From positions 352,001 through 416,000 of the forward strand of contig CAVPLU010000004.1 in the NCBI GenBank assembly GCA_963706285.1: a stretch of DNA of 64,000 nt. Reading direction: 5' to 3'. The stretch is from Candidatus Bathyarchaeota archaeon (GTDB lineage Archaea > Thermoproteota > Bathyarchaeia > 40CM-2-53-6). The first letter of the stretch is position 1, and each line of letters begins with the position of its first letter. Below the pieces are notes generated by a model. It saw nothing but the letters and a program-made list of their open reading frames with translations. It was not told the origin of the DNA and ran no database searches. The translations under genes and the position numbers were made by a program. Shown in pieces: positions 49,427 to 59,547 of this stretch.

Positions 49427-50041
49427 CTGATATTCGAGCAGATTTCCGTTGGACCAATGGAGAACTTCGCATACCTGATCGGAGATGAGAACACAGGGCA
49501 TGCGGCGGTCGTGGATCCTGCTTGGGACATCGAGAAGATCCTAACGGTCGCCCAAGAAAACAATCTACGGATTATCTACGTAATCAACACGCATAACCAT
49601 CCAGACCACACATCCGGAAACGATGAACTTGTAAAAGCAACAGGCGCCAAGATAGTTGCACATGAAGCTTCGAGGAATCGAAAGGATATCAGCGCAAAAG
49701 ACGGCGAGATACTTCGCCTAGGTTCACTGGAGCTCAAGCTCATCCACACGCCGGGTCACTCTCCCGATCATATGTGCGTACTCGTGAATGGAAAACTAAT
49801 GACCGGGGACGCATTGTTTGTCGGCGAGTGCGGAAGAACTGACTTGCCTGGGGGTAACTCCGAGCAAATGTATGACAGTCTGTTCAACAAGTTGATGAAA
49901 CTGGCCGACGATGTTGAAGTATATCCTGGACACAATTATGGGCCGAAAACACATTCGACAATTGGATACGAGAAGGCTCATAATTATGTCCTCAAGCCTC
50001 GCACCGCGAAAGAATTTGTGCAATTCATGAGGGAACCATGA
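49427..50041 (+). CDS. MBL-fold hydrolase (glyoxalase II/ETHE1-like)
   Basis: THNHPDH, TPGH, TGD, PGHNY; CTG start inferred after AGGTGA. Confidence 0.9.
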   Translation: MIFEQISVGPMENFAYLIGDENTGHAAVVDPAWDIEKILTVAQENNLRIIYVINTHNHPDHTSGNDELVKATGAKIVAHEASRNRKDISAKDGEILRLGSLELKLIHTPGHSPDHMCVLVNGKLMTGDALFVGECGRTDLPGGNSEQMYDSLFNKLMKLADDVEVYPGHNYGPKTHSTIGYEKAHNYVLKPRTAKEFVQFMREP

Positions 50042-50670
50042 CGGCCAGCAAGTCTGATCCCGAAGGCTTGCGGATCGAAGATTTCGTTGAGGAGTTTCTG
50101 GCAGTCAACAAAGCAAGTCTGACTACGTACGAGCCTCGAGAGGACTCATTCCTCATGCTGGAGGCGCTCGAAGAGCTGCATCTACGTGGGCTTCGCGTTC
50201 TCGATATGGGAACAGGTTCCGGTATCTTGGCAACATATTGTGCCAAAAGAGGTGCAAATGTAACAGCATCAGACATTGACGTTGATGCGATCAAAGCTCT
50301 GGAACTCACTGCCCAAAGGCTTGGAGTATCTATCAGACTGGTCGCCAGCGACCTCTTTTCGAACATTCATGACTCGTTCGATGTCATCGCCTTCAATCCG
50401 CCGTACCTGCACTCATCTGCAACGAAAGATCGAACCATAGATGGAGGAGAACGAGGAACAGACGTTATAGGTGGATTCCTCGACAGACTGATTGATCACT
50501 TGGTCGATGATGGTCTTGGACTGCTTGTGGTCAGCTCACTGAACGATCCTGAACTCCTTATGGCACGTTATCCGGATCTGAGCTTCAGGATAGTGCGTGA
50601 ACGATCTCTGTTCTTCGAGAGGCTCTCTATCTTGGAAATAAGGGCAAGAAGAACTGCTCTCGTGCACTGA
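50038..50670 (+). CDS. HemK2/PrmC-like methyltransferase
   Basis: YEPREDS, DMGTGSG, NPPY. Confidence 0.9.
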   Translation: MTASKSDPEGLRIEDFVEEFLAVNKASLTTYEPREDSFLMLEALEELHLRGLRVLDMGTGSGILATYCAKRGANVTASDIDVDAIKALELTAQRLGVSIRLVASDLFSNIHDSFDVIAFNPPYLHSSATKDRTIDGGERGTDVIGGFLDRLIDHLVDDGLGLLVVSSLNDPELLMARYPDLSFRIVRERSLFFERLSILEIRARRTALVH

Positions 50671-50796
50671 TAATCTTCAGCTTATGCCTCTCACAGCATA
50701 ACGTCCAAGACTGTGCTCCTTTTCGTCCTATCTATGGCACGGTTTATAACCGCCGTCATAATCGAGAAGGGCAAATCCACAGGTTGTTCGCTTCTC

Positions 50797-51774
50797 ATGA
50801 TTGTTGACAATGTTCTACAGTTGATAGGGAACACGCCGATGCTAAGGCTCACGCGTCTCAATCCAAATCCGAATGTCGAAATGTACCTGAAGCTCGAGAA
50901 GCTTAACCCCGGCGGTTCTGTAAAGGATCGCATTGCCAAGTACATGATCGAGCATGCAGAGGAAGATGGAGTTCTAACAAAAGACAAGATCGTAATAGAG
51001 CCAACGAGCGGGAACACGGGCATAGGATTGGCAATCGTTTGCGCAGTGAAAGGCTACAAGTTGGTGCTCGTGATGCCTGAGACAATGACAATGGAACGAA
51101 GAAAGATGCTGATGATATACGGAGCTCGCATTGTGCTATCTCCTGGAGCCCAAGGAATGAATGGCGCCGAAGATCTGGCCAAGAAGATCGTTGACGAGAA
51201 CCCTGACAAGTACTTCATGCCTAATCAGTTCACAAACCGTTACAACGTTCTCGCGCACTATGACACAACGGCTCAGGAGATCTGGAAAGACACTGACGGG
51301 CGAGTTACACACTTCGTCGTAGGAATCGGTACCTCAGGAACACTCATGGGAGTAGCTAAGAAACTCCGCGAGTACAACCCCGACATCAAAATCATAGCGG
51401 TAGAGCCCGAAGCTACCACCCCAATACAGGGGCTGAAAAATCTAAAGACCCAGTATGTTCCGTCAATATTCGAAAACAAGGTGGTCGACGAACGGCACTA
51501 TGTGAACCTACAAACAGCCGAAGACACTGTGCGTCTTCTTGCACTCGAAGAAGCAATTCTCTGCGGGCCAAGCACCGGCGCCATATTGCATGTGGCACGC
51601 GAGAAAGCAAAGAGCCTCACCAAAGCTGTGATTGTCGTGATGGCTCCAGATGGCGGAGAGAAGTACCTCACTACGCAGCTCTGCGACGAGGATAGGTGCC
51701 GTGATTGCGTCTTGAAGTATAAGATCAAATGTGCTTACTCCCCTGACGTAGTGCTCCCAGGAATCGACCGCTAG
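50797..51774 (+). CDS. PLP-dependent cysteine synthase
   Basis: NPGGSVKDR, EPTSGNTG, GTSGT. Confidence 0.93.
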   Translation: MIVDNVLQLIGNTPMLRLTRLNPNPNVEMYLKLEKLNPGGSVKDRIAKYMIEHAEEDGVLTKDKIVIEPTSGNTGIGLAIVCAVKGYKLVLVMPETMTMERRKMLMIYGARIVLSPGAQGMNGAEDLAKKIVDENPDKYFMPNQFTNRYNVLAHYDTTAQEIWKDTDGRVTHFVVGIGTSGTLMGVAKKLREYNPDIKIIAVEPEATTPIQGLKNLKTQYVPSIFENKVVDERHYVNLQTAEDTVRLLALEEAILCGPSTGAILHVAREKAKSLTKAVIVVMAPDGGEKYLTTQLCDEDRCRDCVLKYKIKCAYSPDVVLPGIDR

Positions 51775-51795
51775 TTTTTGCACAGAAATCGCCAG

Positions 51796-51900
51796 GTGAA
51801 TCGTAGGTCATCCGAGCAGAGCGTCTTCACCACTAAACTCGATAGAGTGAATGACTACCAGTTCAAAGTAAGGTTCGATACTCTTCCAGTTCAAACTCAG
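51796..51900 (+). pseudogene. Probable OsmC-family N-terminal remnant
   Basis: FTTKLDRVNDYQFKVRFD, then runs into the converging hydrolase gene. Confidence 0.4.
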
Positions 51901-52653
51901 CTATTTTTGGAGGAAGTTGAGAGCTTCTTGGTTGAACCTTTCGGGTTTTTCCTCATTCGGGAGATGGCCACAGTCTGGAATGATTCTCAGGTCGGCTTCG
52001 CCCAGACACCTGTGCATCGTCAAGGCTTGTTCAAGCTCGAAGATATTGTCCCTCTCGCCATGAATGACTAGAACAGGACTTCTCACCTGAGGAAGCGTTG
52101 GCCTTAGGTCGTATCCTTTGAACGGGTAACCATTCTCCTCAAGTATCGCTTGATAGAAGATCTCGTACAGTTTCTTCCCGTAACTCTCTCCATGATGGCT
52201 TGTAAGTTCGTGCAGCCAGTCAGGTGAAAGGTGGGTCGGATGTGGGTAGAGCTTCAAGGCTCTGTTTGAGATCTCTTCGTCGCCGAAACAACAAGTTCCT
52301 GCCGCTACCACACGATCCACTCTTGAAGGATTTCGAGCTGCAAAGAGAAGCGCAATAGCTCCACCGACGCAGATTCCGCAAAGGTTCGCTCGGTCGAGAT
52401 GCATCCGATCTAGGAAATGTGACAACTCATCGACGCTTTGTTCAAGCCAGCCTATCTTGAGGCTGGTCATGTGCGTTGAGCGTCCGTATCCTTGTCGGTC
52501 GTAAGCTATGACTTTGAAGTACTTGGAGAGTTCGGGCAGCTGCTTGGTGAAGCTCTTTGTGCATCCGAGGCCGTTATGCAGAAGTATGAGCGGCTCACCA
52601 CGCCCCTGGGTCTCGTAATAGAGGTTGCTTCCTCGTATGTCCATGTGAGGCAT
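51901..52653 (-). CDS. Alpha/beta hydrolase
   Basis: LLHNG, YDRQGYGRS, GICVGG nucleophile elbow, HGERD, CGH. Confidence 0.9.
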   Translation of the reverse strand: MPHMDIRGSNLYYETQGRGEPLILLHNGLGCTKSFTKQLPELSKYFKVIAYDRQGYGRSTHMTSLKIGWLEQSVDELSHFLDRMHLDRANLCGICVGGAIALLFAARNPSRVDRVVAAGTCCFGDEEISNRALKLYPHPTHLSPDWLHELTSHHGESYGKKLYEIFYQAILEENGYPFKGYDLRPTLPQVRSPVLVIHGERDNIFELEQALTMHRCLGEADLRIIPDCGHLPNEEKPERFNQEALNFLQK

Positions 52654-52969
52654 GATGCTTCATCCGAGGGAGTAGTGATTCTCGAAATGGCGTGGATATC
52701 AGTCTATCTCGCGTGGGTAAACCGTAGGCTGAGTTGGCAAAAGGTTGAGGTCAGTCCATGGGGTTGTTTCGCTCGTGCTTGACCAAGCAAAGGCATCGCC
52801 CCTTTGAGGACGTCGTTTCGAGCATGGTAGACACGTGAATGTACCATCTACGGAACATTCATATACTTTCGCCAATGGTACCGTGAATGGACGGTGGCAT
52901 GGGCACCCTCCAATCAGCCCCACGGGCTGGAGGCAGACCATGTCGCCGATCTACAATCAGGTGAATAAC

Positions 52970-53131
52970 GTGACCAAATGTGCAAGATGTGGAATCGACA
53001 TCCAGCAGCCAATGAAAGAATGGAACATGCAACCCAGAGACGGCAGAGGCCCTGCTCTACGCGTAAAGCACTATGCATGTCCACAGTGCGGAAAAACGTT
53101 CAGAGTCGCGGACAAGCTCATCGTAGCCTAA
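52970..53131 (+). CDS. Cren7-like Zn-ribbon chromatin protein
   Basis: CARCG..PMKEWNMQP..G..V..YACPQCGKTFR matches the Cren7 pattern. Confidence 0.7.
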   Translation: MTKCARCGIDIQQPMKEWNMQPRDGRGPALRVKHYACPQCGKTFRVADKLIVA

Positions 53132-53146
53132 CGTAACTCTGAAACG

Positions 53147-54145
53147 CTACCCCTTTTTTCCATCTCTTCGCTCGATCGGAGGCCTGACGAGGCGCTGTTT
53201 CTCCTTGTTCATCTTCGTCCACTTTATGAACTGTCGAGAGGGCGGTTTCTCCTGATAGAGGCTTCCACGATTCGCCTCAAGTAGCCTAGGCCTTTCGCCA
53301 ATGCATTCAGCCGCAGTCATGATTGAACCACCAAGAGGCTTGATTTCCTCGGAAATCGTGGATAGTTCTCGGAGAGAGTCCTGGGCTCTCAACAGATGAT
53401 GATCGACAATGACCACCGGCACTTTCTTGGCGACTGTTGCAAGGTTGCTCATGCCTCTCCTTATGGAATCTTCTGAGACCTTCACCCCAGAGAGGTAGGT
53501 GGGTGGACCTCCTATGATGATTGCTGAGGGTTCTTCGGCGAGAATGAATTGAAGTGTCTTCTCCGAGATCGGTCCTTGAATATCCGATGCATGAATGAGT
53601 TTTTCATCGCGCGACTCTATCACGGTAGCAAGCAAGGAGCCAAGCTCCGTTGAATCCTCGCCATGAGGAAGCGCGACCGAGAATCTCACTTTCGTATCGC
53701 CATATTCGAAGCTTCTTCCATCTGCAGCGATTGTTTCAGCATTGATCTTCCGGCAGAAGCTTTGGAAAATCCATCCTCGTCTCCTCTGGCTGACGTTTGT
53801 TGAGGCCCTCGCATCTTTAACGAGTAGTGTCTTGTTTCGATAGATGTGCTGGGCCTCACGCAAGCTGCTAGCCAGCCATGTGGTGTCAGTGAAGTTGGGT
53901 GTGAAGTGGTCGTGATGGTAATGAGATACAACTAGGAGGTCTGCAATCCCTGCGTATTTGCGGATTCTCTGACGCGAATCCCTCAGAGCGTCGTACTCTT
54001 CAGGATGGGGGAGCAGGCGAAAACGAGGCCCCAAGGCCGCTCCTGGGTCAATGAGGATCTTGACATCTTTAGTTTCGACAAAAGTGCACATCGACCGAAC
54101 TCCGAGACTCTCGAACGCCAGCGGAACGAAGGTTATGTGATCCAC
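53147..54145 (-). CDS. UPF0282 MBL-fold hydrolase
   Basis: ESLGVRSM, SHYHHDH, SDIQGP, DHHLLR. Confidence 0.88.
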   Translation of the reverse strand: MDHITFVPLAFESLGVRSMCTFVETKDVKILIDPGAALGPRFRLLPHPEEYDALRDSRQRIRKYAGIADLLVVSHYHHDHFTPNFTDTTWLASSLREAQHIYRNKTLLVKDARASTNVSQRRRGWIFQSFCRKINAETIAADGRSFEYGDTKVRFSVALPHGEDSTELGSLLATVIESRDEKLIHASDIQGPISEKTLQFILAEEPSAIIIGGPPTYLSGVKVSEDSIRRGMSNLATVAKKVPVVIVDHHLLRAQDSLRELSTISEEIKPLGGSIMTAAECIGERPRLLEANRGSLYQEKPPSRQFIKWTKMNKEKQRLVRPPIERRDGKKG

Positions 54146-54318
54146 GTTTTCTCATCCCTGGTCATGGTGAAATGGAGTAGAAATCTAGGCGGTTACTACT
54201 TGCTCATTTGCAGCTTAGTGATGCAATGTTTCCATTTCACAGGTGTATGAGGCTCGTGCCTGGAATCTTGGGCACCCCACCCTTCTGAAGGTATCTGCGA
54301 AGTGTATGTGAAATAGTG

Positions 54319-55500
54319 CTACCTGTTCCGCTTGAGCCACTCCGATCTGCCATTATCCAGGTTTCTGCGAATGTAGTAGGCATTGTTCTGGAGTTTCTTC
54401 TTGGTGGCGAGTCTGATTAGTGGTGCAAAGTCTGGTCTGCTTCTGTCCACTGGGTTTGTTTCGATAACATTTGCCTTTTTGGCACTTTCAAACAGTCGTT
54501 CGCCTACTGCTGTTCGGACTATCACGGTGTTCCATCCATCTTTGGATCCAATCGCACCGATGGAAATGTCGGCAAGCTCAGCAGTGTAGTCAATGCAGTA
54601 CTTGCATGGGCCACTCATGTAACTCTCCAACTCTTTCAGGGAGACTTCAATGACGACCTCGGTGCCAACGTAGACCTTGAACTTCCCGCGCTTTATCACG
54701 GTCTTCGTTACCTTTGCGGGGTCAATGGCATGTTTTTGTTGAATGAACTCATTTACGAGCTTGTCGTGGTAGTAGACCTTCGAGCAGAATAGTCCGATGG
54801 TAAGGGCTGGTCGGCCTCCAGCTATGCCTGAACCGCCGAACTTGTAAGTTGACTGAAGTGATGTATGCATTCTCCAGAGCCCCTGCAATTCGCAAGGGAG
54901 GGCAACCAAGCCGATTCTCCCGTTCGGGAACGATGCTGCTGCATCCGACAGTCCTCCTAGAACGCCGCCATGAGTGTATTTCGAGCCTGCCGTGCCAACA
55001 ACGTCTTTCACGGTCGAACTGATCCTGGGCACGGTCTTCATCGGTATTCCGTTGCCAAGCGCAAAAGCAGAATTTGACTTGGCGAAGTCCATTGTCACGA
55101 AGCAATCGATGAGTCCTATGTCCAGCGCGTGCGCGAGAAGTGCGATGGATGTGCCTCCGTCTTGACCTGATTGCCGGAACCTATCCTCAACGGCGTGGGC
55201 CGAATGGATTGCTCTGTGGATTCCTAGCGTATCTTCTTCAAGGGACCTGGTCCTGCCGTGAATTAGATGTTCAATATCATCTATCGGCAGCTCAAGTCTT
55301 GGGCAACTGTAGTAACAGACTTGACATGCGGCACATGGCCCCACAATCACTGGCTCCTCATGCAGGCCCACGTAAAGTACATTCACCGGGCACGAAGCCA
55401 CGCAGGCACCGCACATCATGCAGTGGCCTGCACGGACAACTTCAGTGGAAAGGTGGCCCCAGATTTTGCCGCCCTTGATTGGTGACCAGCCCGTCTCCAT
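54319..55500 (-). CDS. FrhB/FdhB-family F420-binding subunit with N-terminal ferredoxin
   Basis: CMMCGACVASCP, QDGG, AGSKY, LPCE, IGLFC, CKYCIDYTAELADIS. Confidence 0.9.
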   Translation of the reverse strand: METGWSPIKGGKIWGHLSTEVVRAGHCMMCGACVASCPVNVLYVGLHEEPVIVGPCAACQVCYYSCPRLELPIDDIEHLIHGRTRSLEEDTLGIHRAIHSAHAVEDRFRQSGQDGGTSIALLAHALDIGLIDCFVTMDFAKSNSAFALGNGIPMKTVPRISSTVKDVVGTAGSKYTHGGVLGGLSDAAASFPNGRIGLVALPCELQGLWRMHTSLQSTYKFGGSGIAGGRPALTIGLFCSKVYYHDKLVNEFIQQKHAIDPAKVTKTVIKRGKFKVYVGTEVVIEVSLKELESYMSGPCKYCIDYTAELADISIGAIGSKDGWNTVIVRTAVGERLFESAKKANVIETNPVDRSRPDFAPLIRLATKKKLQNNAYYIRRNLDNGRSEWLKRNR

Positions 55501-55800
55501 TTCACCTGTTAGGAACGTCAGTTCATCGGAATCGGCATATCAAGTTGACCCTAGTTAGTCCTCTTCCTAATTCCTGCCAGCATAATCGCCTGTTATGAAA
55601 CGCAAGACGGAAATCCTGCTTCTTCAATCCTCATACTTGCGGGCGATGACGACTCTGGCCCATTTGATTCGATGAAATCGATCTTGAGTGCGCGAGCCCG
55701 CACCTAGCTTTGCTCAAGGAGCTTGGTTGCTGACAGGAACTGTGATATTGGCTGTAGTCTTCACGTCAGATAGGTTGTGCGGCGACAGCGGAGAAAGACC

Positions 55801-56835
55801 ATGGTCCACGAAGCTTTCTTGACTGGAAAAGTTCCTCCGAATTTCCTCTCTCAGATCGTGTTTAGGCGCACTGGAGCGCATAATCGTGGGTTGTTGCTCG
55901 GCCCGGCCTTGGGGGAGGACGCGGCAATAGTCCGTACACGAGGAAAATTGCTGGTACTGACCACTGACCCCATAACGGGTGCGCAGGAAAATGTCGGTTG
56001 GCTATCAGTTCATGTCAACGCCAATGACGTCGCAACACGTGGAGGAAAGCCGGTCTGGTTCCTATGTTGTCTTTTGCTTCCTGAAGGGTCAGGCACAGAC
56101 GTTCTTGAGCAAATCATGACTCAGGTGGACGAGGCCGCACGCGAAATATCAGTCACTGTTGCAGGTGGTCACTCGGAGATAACACCTGGCCTGCATCGAC
56201 CAATAATAGTGGGGTCGATGGTCGGCGAGGTCACATCTGGCAGGTACATTTCAACCGCCGGTGCAAGGCCGGGCGATAAAGTTATACTGACTAAGACGAT
56301 CGGCCTCGAAGGCACAGCAATTCTAGCATACGACGTTCACGAAAGACTAACGCGCTCGCTTGGGGACAATGTCCTTCAGTCCGCGAAGGCGTTCTCAAGG
56401 CGAATTAGTGTGGTTAGAGACGCGATGATCGCCATGAAAGTAGGTGGTGTTCACGCCATGCACGATCCAACGGAGGGAGGTATCATCTGTGGCCTGTGGG
56501 AAATCGGGGAAGCCTCACGGACCGGCATGATGGTGGAGGAGTCAAGGATCGCTGTGGCTCCCGAAACCGAGTCCGTGTGTAATGTGCTAGGGCTTGACCC
56601 GCTACGGATGCTGAGTTCAGGATCGCTTCTGATTGCAGCAAGGTCAGGTAACGCCGATCAGATCATAAAGTCGCTGCGGAGAAGCGGAATCGCTGCATCT
56701 GTGATCGGGGAGATTACGAAGCCGGAGAAAGGCAGAATCTTCGTCAAGCGCGATGGAACCCGAGAGAAGCTTGAGCCGCCAGCTCGTGATGAACTCTACA
56801 GAATTCTCAACGAATCGCGAGCACCGTTCAGGTAG
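55801..56835 (+). CDS. AIR synthase-related (HypE-like) protein
   Basis: GEDAA, DPIT, NANDVA, GGHSE, MHDPTEGG. Confidence 0.88.
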   Translation: MVHEAFLTGKVPPNFLSQIVFRRTGAHNRGLLLGPALGEDAAIVRTRGKLLVLTTDPITGAQENVGWLSVHVNANDVATRGGKPVWFLCCLLLPEGSGTDVLEQIMTQVDEAAREISVTVAGGHSEITPGLHRPIIVGSMVGEVTSGRYISTAGARPGDKVILTKTIGLEGTAILAYDVHERLTRSLGDNVLQSAKAFSRRISVVRDAMIAMKVGGVHAMHDPTEGGIICGLWEIGEASRTGMMVEESRIAVAPETESVCNVLGLDPLRMLSSGSLLIAARSGNADQIIKSLRRSGIAASVIGEITKPEKGRIFVKRDGTREKLEPPARDELYRILNESRAPFR

Positions 56836-56924
56836 TCTCCATCGATCCTCAGTTTCACTTGGCTCTCACGTTTTTATCGAATCCGCATGCACAACAGATA
56901 AGATCGAGCAGGTCACGTTAAGCC

Positions 56925-58175
56925 ATGAAGAGCGTAGGGGTCCTTGAAGAGTTGCCTTCAGACATTGTGAAGGAAGTACTATCGAGGCCAACGGTTTTCC
57001 GCGACGAAGGGCCCCTCTCACTTGAGTATGTGCCAGCTCAGCTACCTCATCGAGAAGACAAACTAAGCTTCCTCGTACAACTCTTCAGGTTTGCCCTCGA
57101 AAGACCTGCTTCAATGAGTCAACGCGTACTGATAACGGGCGACGTAGGAACCGGCAAGACCGTCCTATGCCAACGTTTCGGCCTCGACATCACAAAAGCC
57201 GCAAAGAATCGCAAAGTGAACCTACACTACGTTCACGTGAATTGCAGAGAAAACAAAGGCAGCCTTTTCCTGATAATGAAACGTACCATTGAGAAACTGT
57301 CGCCTGACTTTCCGAAACGTGGCTTCGCACCAGAAGAACTCCTCCAAGTTCTAATGGACATGCTCGACGATCAAAACGCCCACCTGATCCTGGCCCTTGA
57401 CGAACTTGAAAGTCTAATTCAAACAGAAGGATCCACACCAATCTACACTCTGACGAGAATACAAGAAGAACGACCAGGTGCGCCCATGCGCCTCTCACTC
57501 ATCTGCATCCTCAGAGACCCTGAATACCTTAACAAACTGGACGCGAGCACCACCGGAACACTGCAACGCAACTTCGTAAGGCTTGAGAAATACGCCCCGA
57601 ACCAGCTCGAAGCAATCATCTCTAACCGTGTCGGACTTGCTTTCAAAGAAGGCGTCATGCCTGAAGCAACTATCTCTTTCTTGGCAGATGTGGCAGGTTC
57701 GTCTGGCAACGCCCGCTATGCCATTGAACTACTCTGGAGATCAGGAAAGTACGCAGACTCGGAGATTTCCCGCATAGTCTCCGCCGAACATGTCAGAAAA
57801 GCGATTGCAAGCGTCTATCCAGCCATGAGAACCGATTACATAGCCGCCCTCTCAATCCATGAGAAGCTCTTTCTGCTTGCTCTCTCCAGACTACTCATAG
57901 AAAGAGACACCGCCTACATCAGCATGGGAGACGTTGAACGTCAATACCAAGCCTCCTGCGACGAGTTCAACGAGGAACCCCGCCAGCACACACAACTATG
58001 GAAGTACGTCCGCGCACTCAGTTCGATTGGAGTTATCTCTGCCCAAAAGTCCGGAGAAGGCATGCGTGGCAGGACAACCCTTCTTGGATTCGCCCAAGTT
58101 CCTGCATCCGCAATGCAGCAAAGTCTAGAAGCAGTCCTCGAATCCACCCGCAAAACATCGAGAAAGTATCCCTGA
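56925..58175 (+). CDS. cdc6: Orc1/Cdc6 initiator
   Basis: LPHRE, GDVGTGKT, LDELE, GNARYAI, C-terminal wHTH with GMRGRT. Confidence 0.95.
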   Translation: MKSVGVLEELPSDIVKEVLSRPTVFRDEGPLSLEYVPAQLPHREDKLSFLVQLFRFALERPASMSQRVLITGDVGTGKTVLCQRFGLDITKAAKNRKVNLHYVHVNCRENKGSLFLIMKRTIEKLSPDFPKRGFAPEELLQVLMDMLDDQNAHLILALDELESLIQTEGSTPIYTLTRIQEERPGAPMRLSLICILRDPEYLNKLDASTTGTLQRNFVRLEKYAPNQLEAIISNRVGLAFKEGVMPEATISFLADVAGSSGNARYAIELLWRSGKYADSEISRIVSAEHVRKAIASVYPAMRTDYIAALSIHEKLFLLALSRLLIERDTAYISMGDVERQYQASCDEFNEEPRQHTQLWKYVRALSSIGVISAQKSGEGMRGRTTLLGFAQVPASAMQQSLEAVLESTRKTSRKYP

Positions 58176-59538
58176 CCATACCCTTGAGCAACAAGCGCCT
58201 GCGATGGCTCGACAGCAGAAGTCTTAGGTAGTCTTTCTCTTTCGTCTGGGGTTTCCTGCCGTTCGAGGTTTCGCCTGTCTCTCTTTCTTCAGAAGAACTC
58301 GGCAGCTCTATAGGAATCCGTTTGATGCCCAGATAATCCATTGCGTCTTCACTTAGGCCGAGCCATTCGGCGAGTTTGGGTCCTTCGGTCGGGTTCTTCT
58401 CAATGATGTACTTGATGTAGGGTAGGTAGTGAGGGATTGCCCGTTTCGATGAGATGTGGCAACGTGCGCCTATGCTCTTGCCGAGCTCTGCTTTGATGGA
58501 TCTCATCTTCCTCGTTCTGGAAAGGAGCTGTATCCGCTCGGGGAACTTCATTGGGATCCAAGCCGGCTTCGTGAACTCCTTTGACATGGCAACTCCCGCT
58601 GTCTCCATCTCAAGAGCATATGGTAGCAACTCCCATGCTCGGGTCCGATTGATTCTCGCTCGATAGAGATCGGCCTGCGCAATTGCGTTCATGGCGTGAG
58701 ATAGGTCGCGTGGATCATTGAGTTGTCTGGGCGCGTTTTCGTAGATCCATTCAAAGAACATGTCCAGATCCATGTCCGCCATGTCCGTCGCCCTTCGCGC
58801 TTGAAGGCAAGTGGGTGACGTGAAGACAGTCTTAAGAGCGTCAAAGATCGTGGCTCTTCGATCTCGGAAACCGAGCCAAGTTGTCTCATCATACGTCAGC
58901 CTCTTCCGCCCCGACGTGAGCATTTGGAGATCGTTCATGATCGAGCGCATGTCACCTTGGGTCCTGTCTATGATGAGTCTGAGTGCTTGTTCGTCGACTT
59001 CGATGCTTTCCTTCTGGCAGATCTTCTTCAGATAGGGCACGGCATCTCTGAGGCCTAGCCTCTTGTATTCGATCATGGTGGTCGCGTTTCTGATCGGACC
59101 GATCTTTGGATCCCAAGGATCGTTTGCAGTGAGTATCACTGGAACCTGAGTATCCTCAACTAGTCTAACGATGGTGTCGACGGCGCCCCGGTCCTCACTT
59201 AGATTTATCCCATCAACCTCATCGATCAGTATCAGGCGAGGCCTTCCAAAAAGATCCGACTGCCTCGTAGCGAGTCCAACAGTTTTCTCGAGAGCATCCC
59301 GGTTTCTCTTGTCACTCGCATTAATTTCCACGAGGTCTAGACCGCGTTCGTTGGCTACTGCCTCAACAGACACGGTCTTACCTGTTCCGGGCGGGCCATG
59401 AAGCAACAGGGCTCTCTTCTTGGGAGGGCCTTTCCTCCACATGTCCATCCAATCCAGGATTTGTTGGATGGCCGGCTTGTTTCCCGCTATGTCAGCGAGA
59501 ATCTTGGGCCGATGCTTAACGGTCCAAGGTGCATTCAT
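58033..59538 (-). CDS. rfcL: Replication factor C large subunit (true stop probably 58224)
   Basis: PWTVKHRP, GPPGTGKT, EINASDKR, DEVDG, GDMRS. Confidence 0.93.
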   Translation of the reverse strand: MNAPWTVKHRPKILADIAGNKPAIQQILDWMDMWRKGPPKKRALLLHGPPGTGKTVSVEAVANERGLDLVEINASDKRNRDALEKTVGLATRQSDLFGRPRLILIDEVDGINLSEDRGAVDTIVRLVEDTQVPVILTANDPWDPKIGPIRNATTMIEYKRLGLRDAVPYLKKICQKESIEVDEQALRLIIDRTQGDMRSIMNDLQMLTSGRKRLTYDETTWLGFRDRRATIFDALKTVFTSPTCLQARRATDMADMDLDMFFEWIYENAPRQLNDPRDLSHAMNAIAQADLYRARINRTRAWELLPYALEMETAGVAMSKEFTKPAWIPMKFPERIQLLSRTRKMRSIKAELGKSIGARCHISSKRAIPHYLPYIKYIIEKNPTEGPKLAEWLGLSEDAMDYLGIKRIPIELPSSSEERETGETSNGRKPQTKEKDYLRLLLSSHRRRLLLKGMVRDTFSMFCGWIRGLLLDFAALRMQELGRIQEGLSCHACLLRTFGQR

Positions 59539-59547
59539 TCGAGCAGC

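Noticed and set aside
54146-56924. Replication origin (ORB repeats) near cdc6; GTGAAATGGA motifs near 54168, 54231 and 55496
   Set aside because: Short, no G-string or AT-rich unwinding element, and one copy is simply an RBS plus ATG.
58033-58223. Long rfcL/cdc6 antisense overlap
   Set aside because: Explained by one extra base in a 4-nt run.
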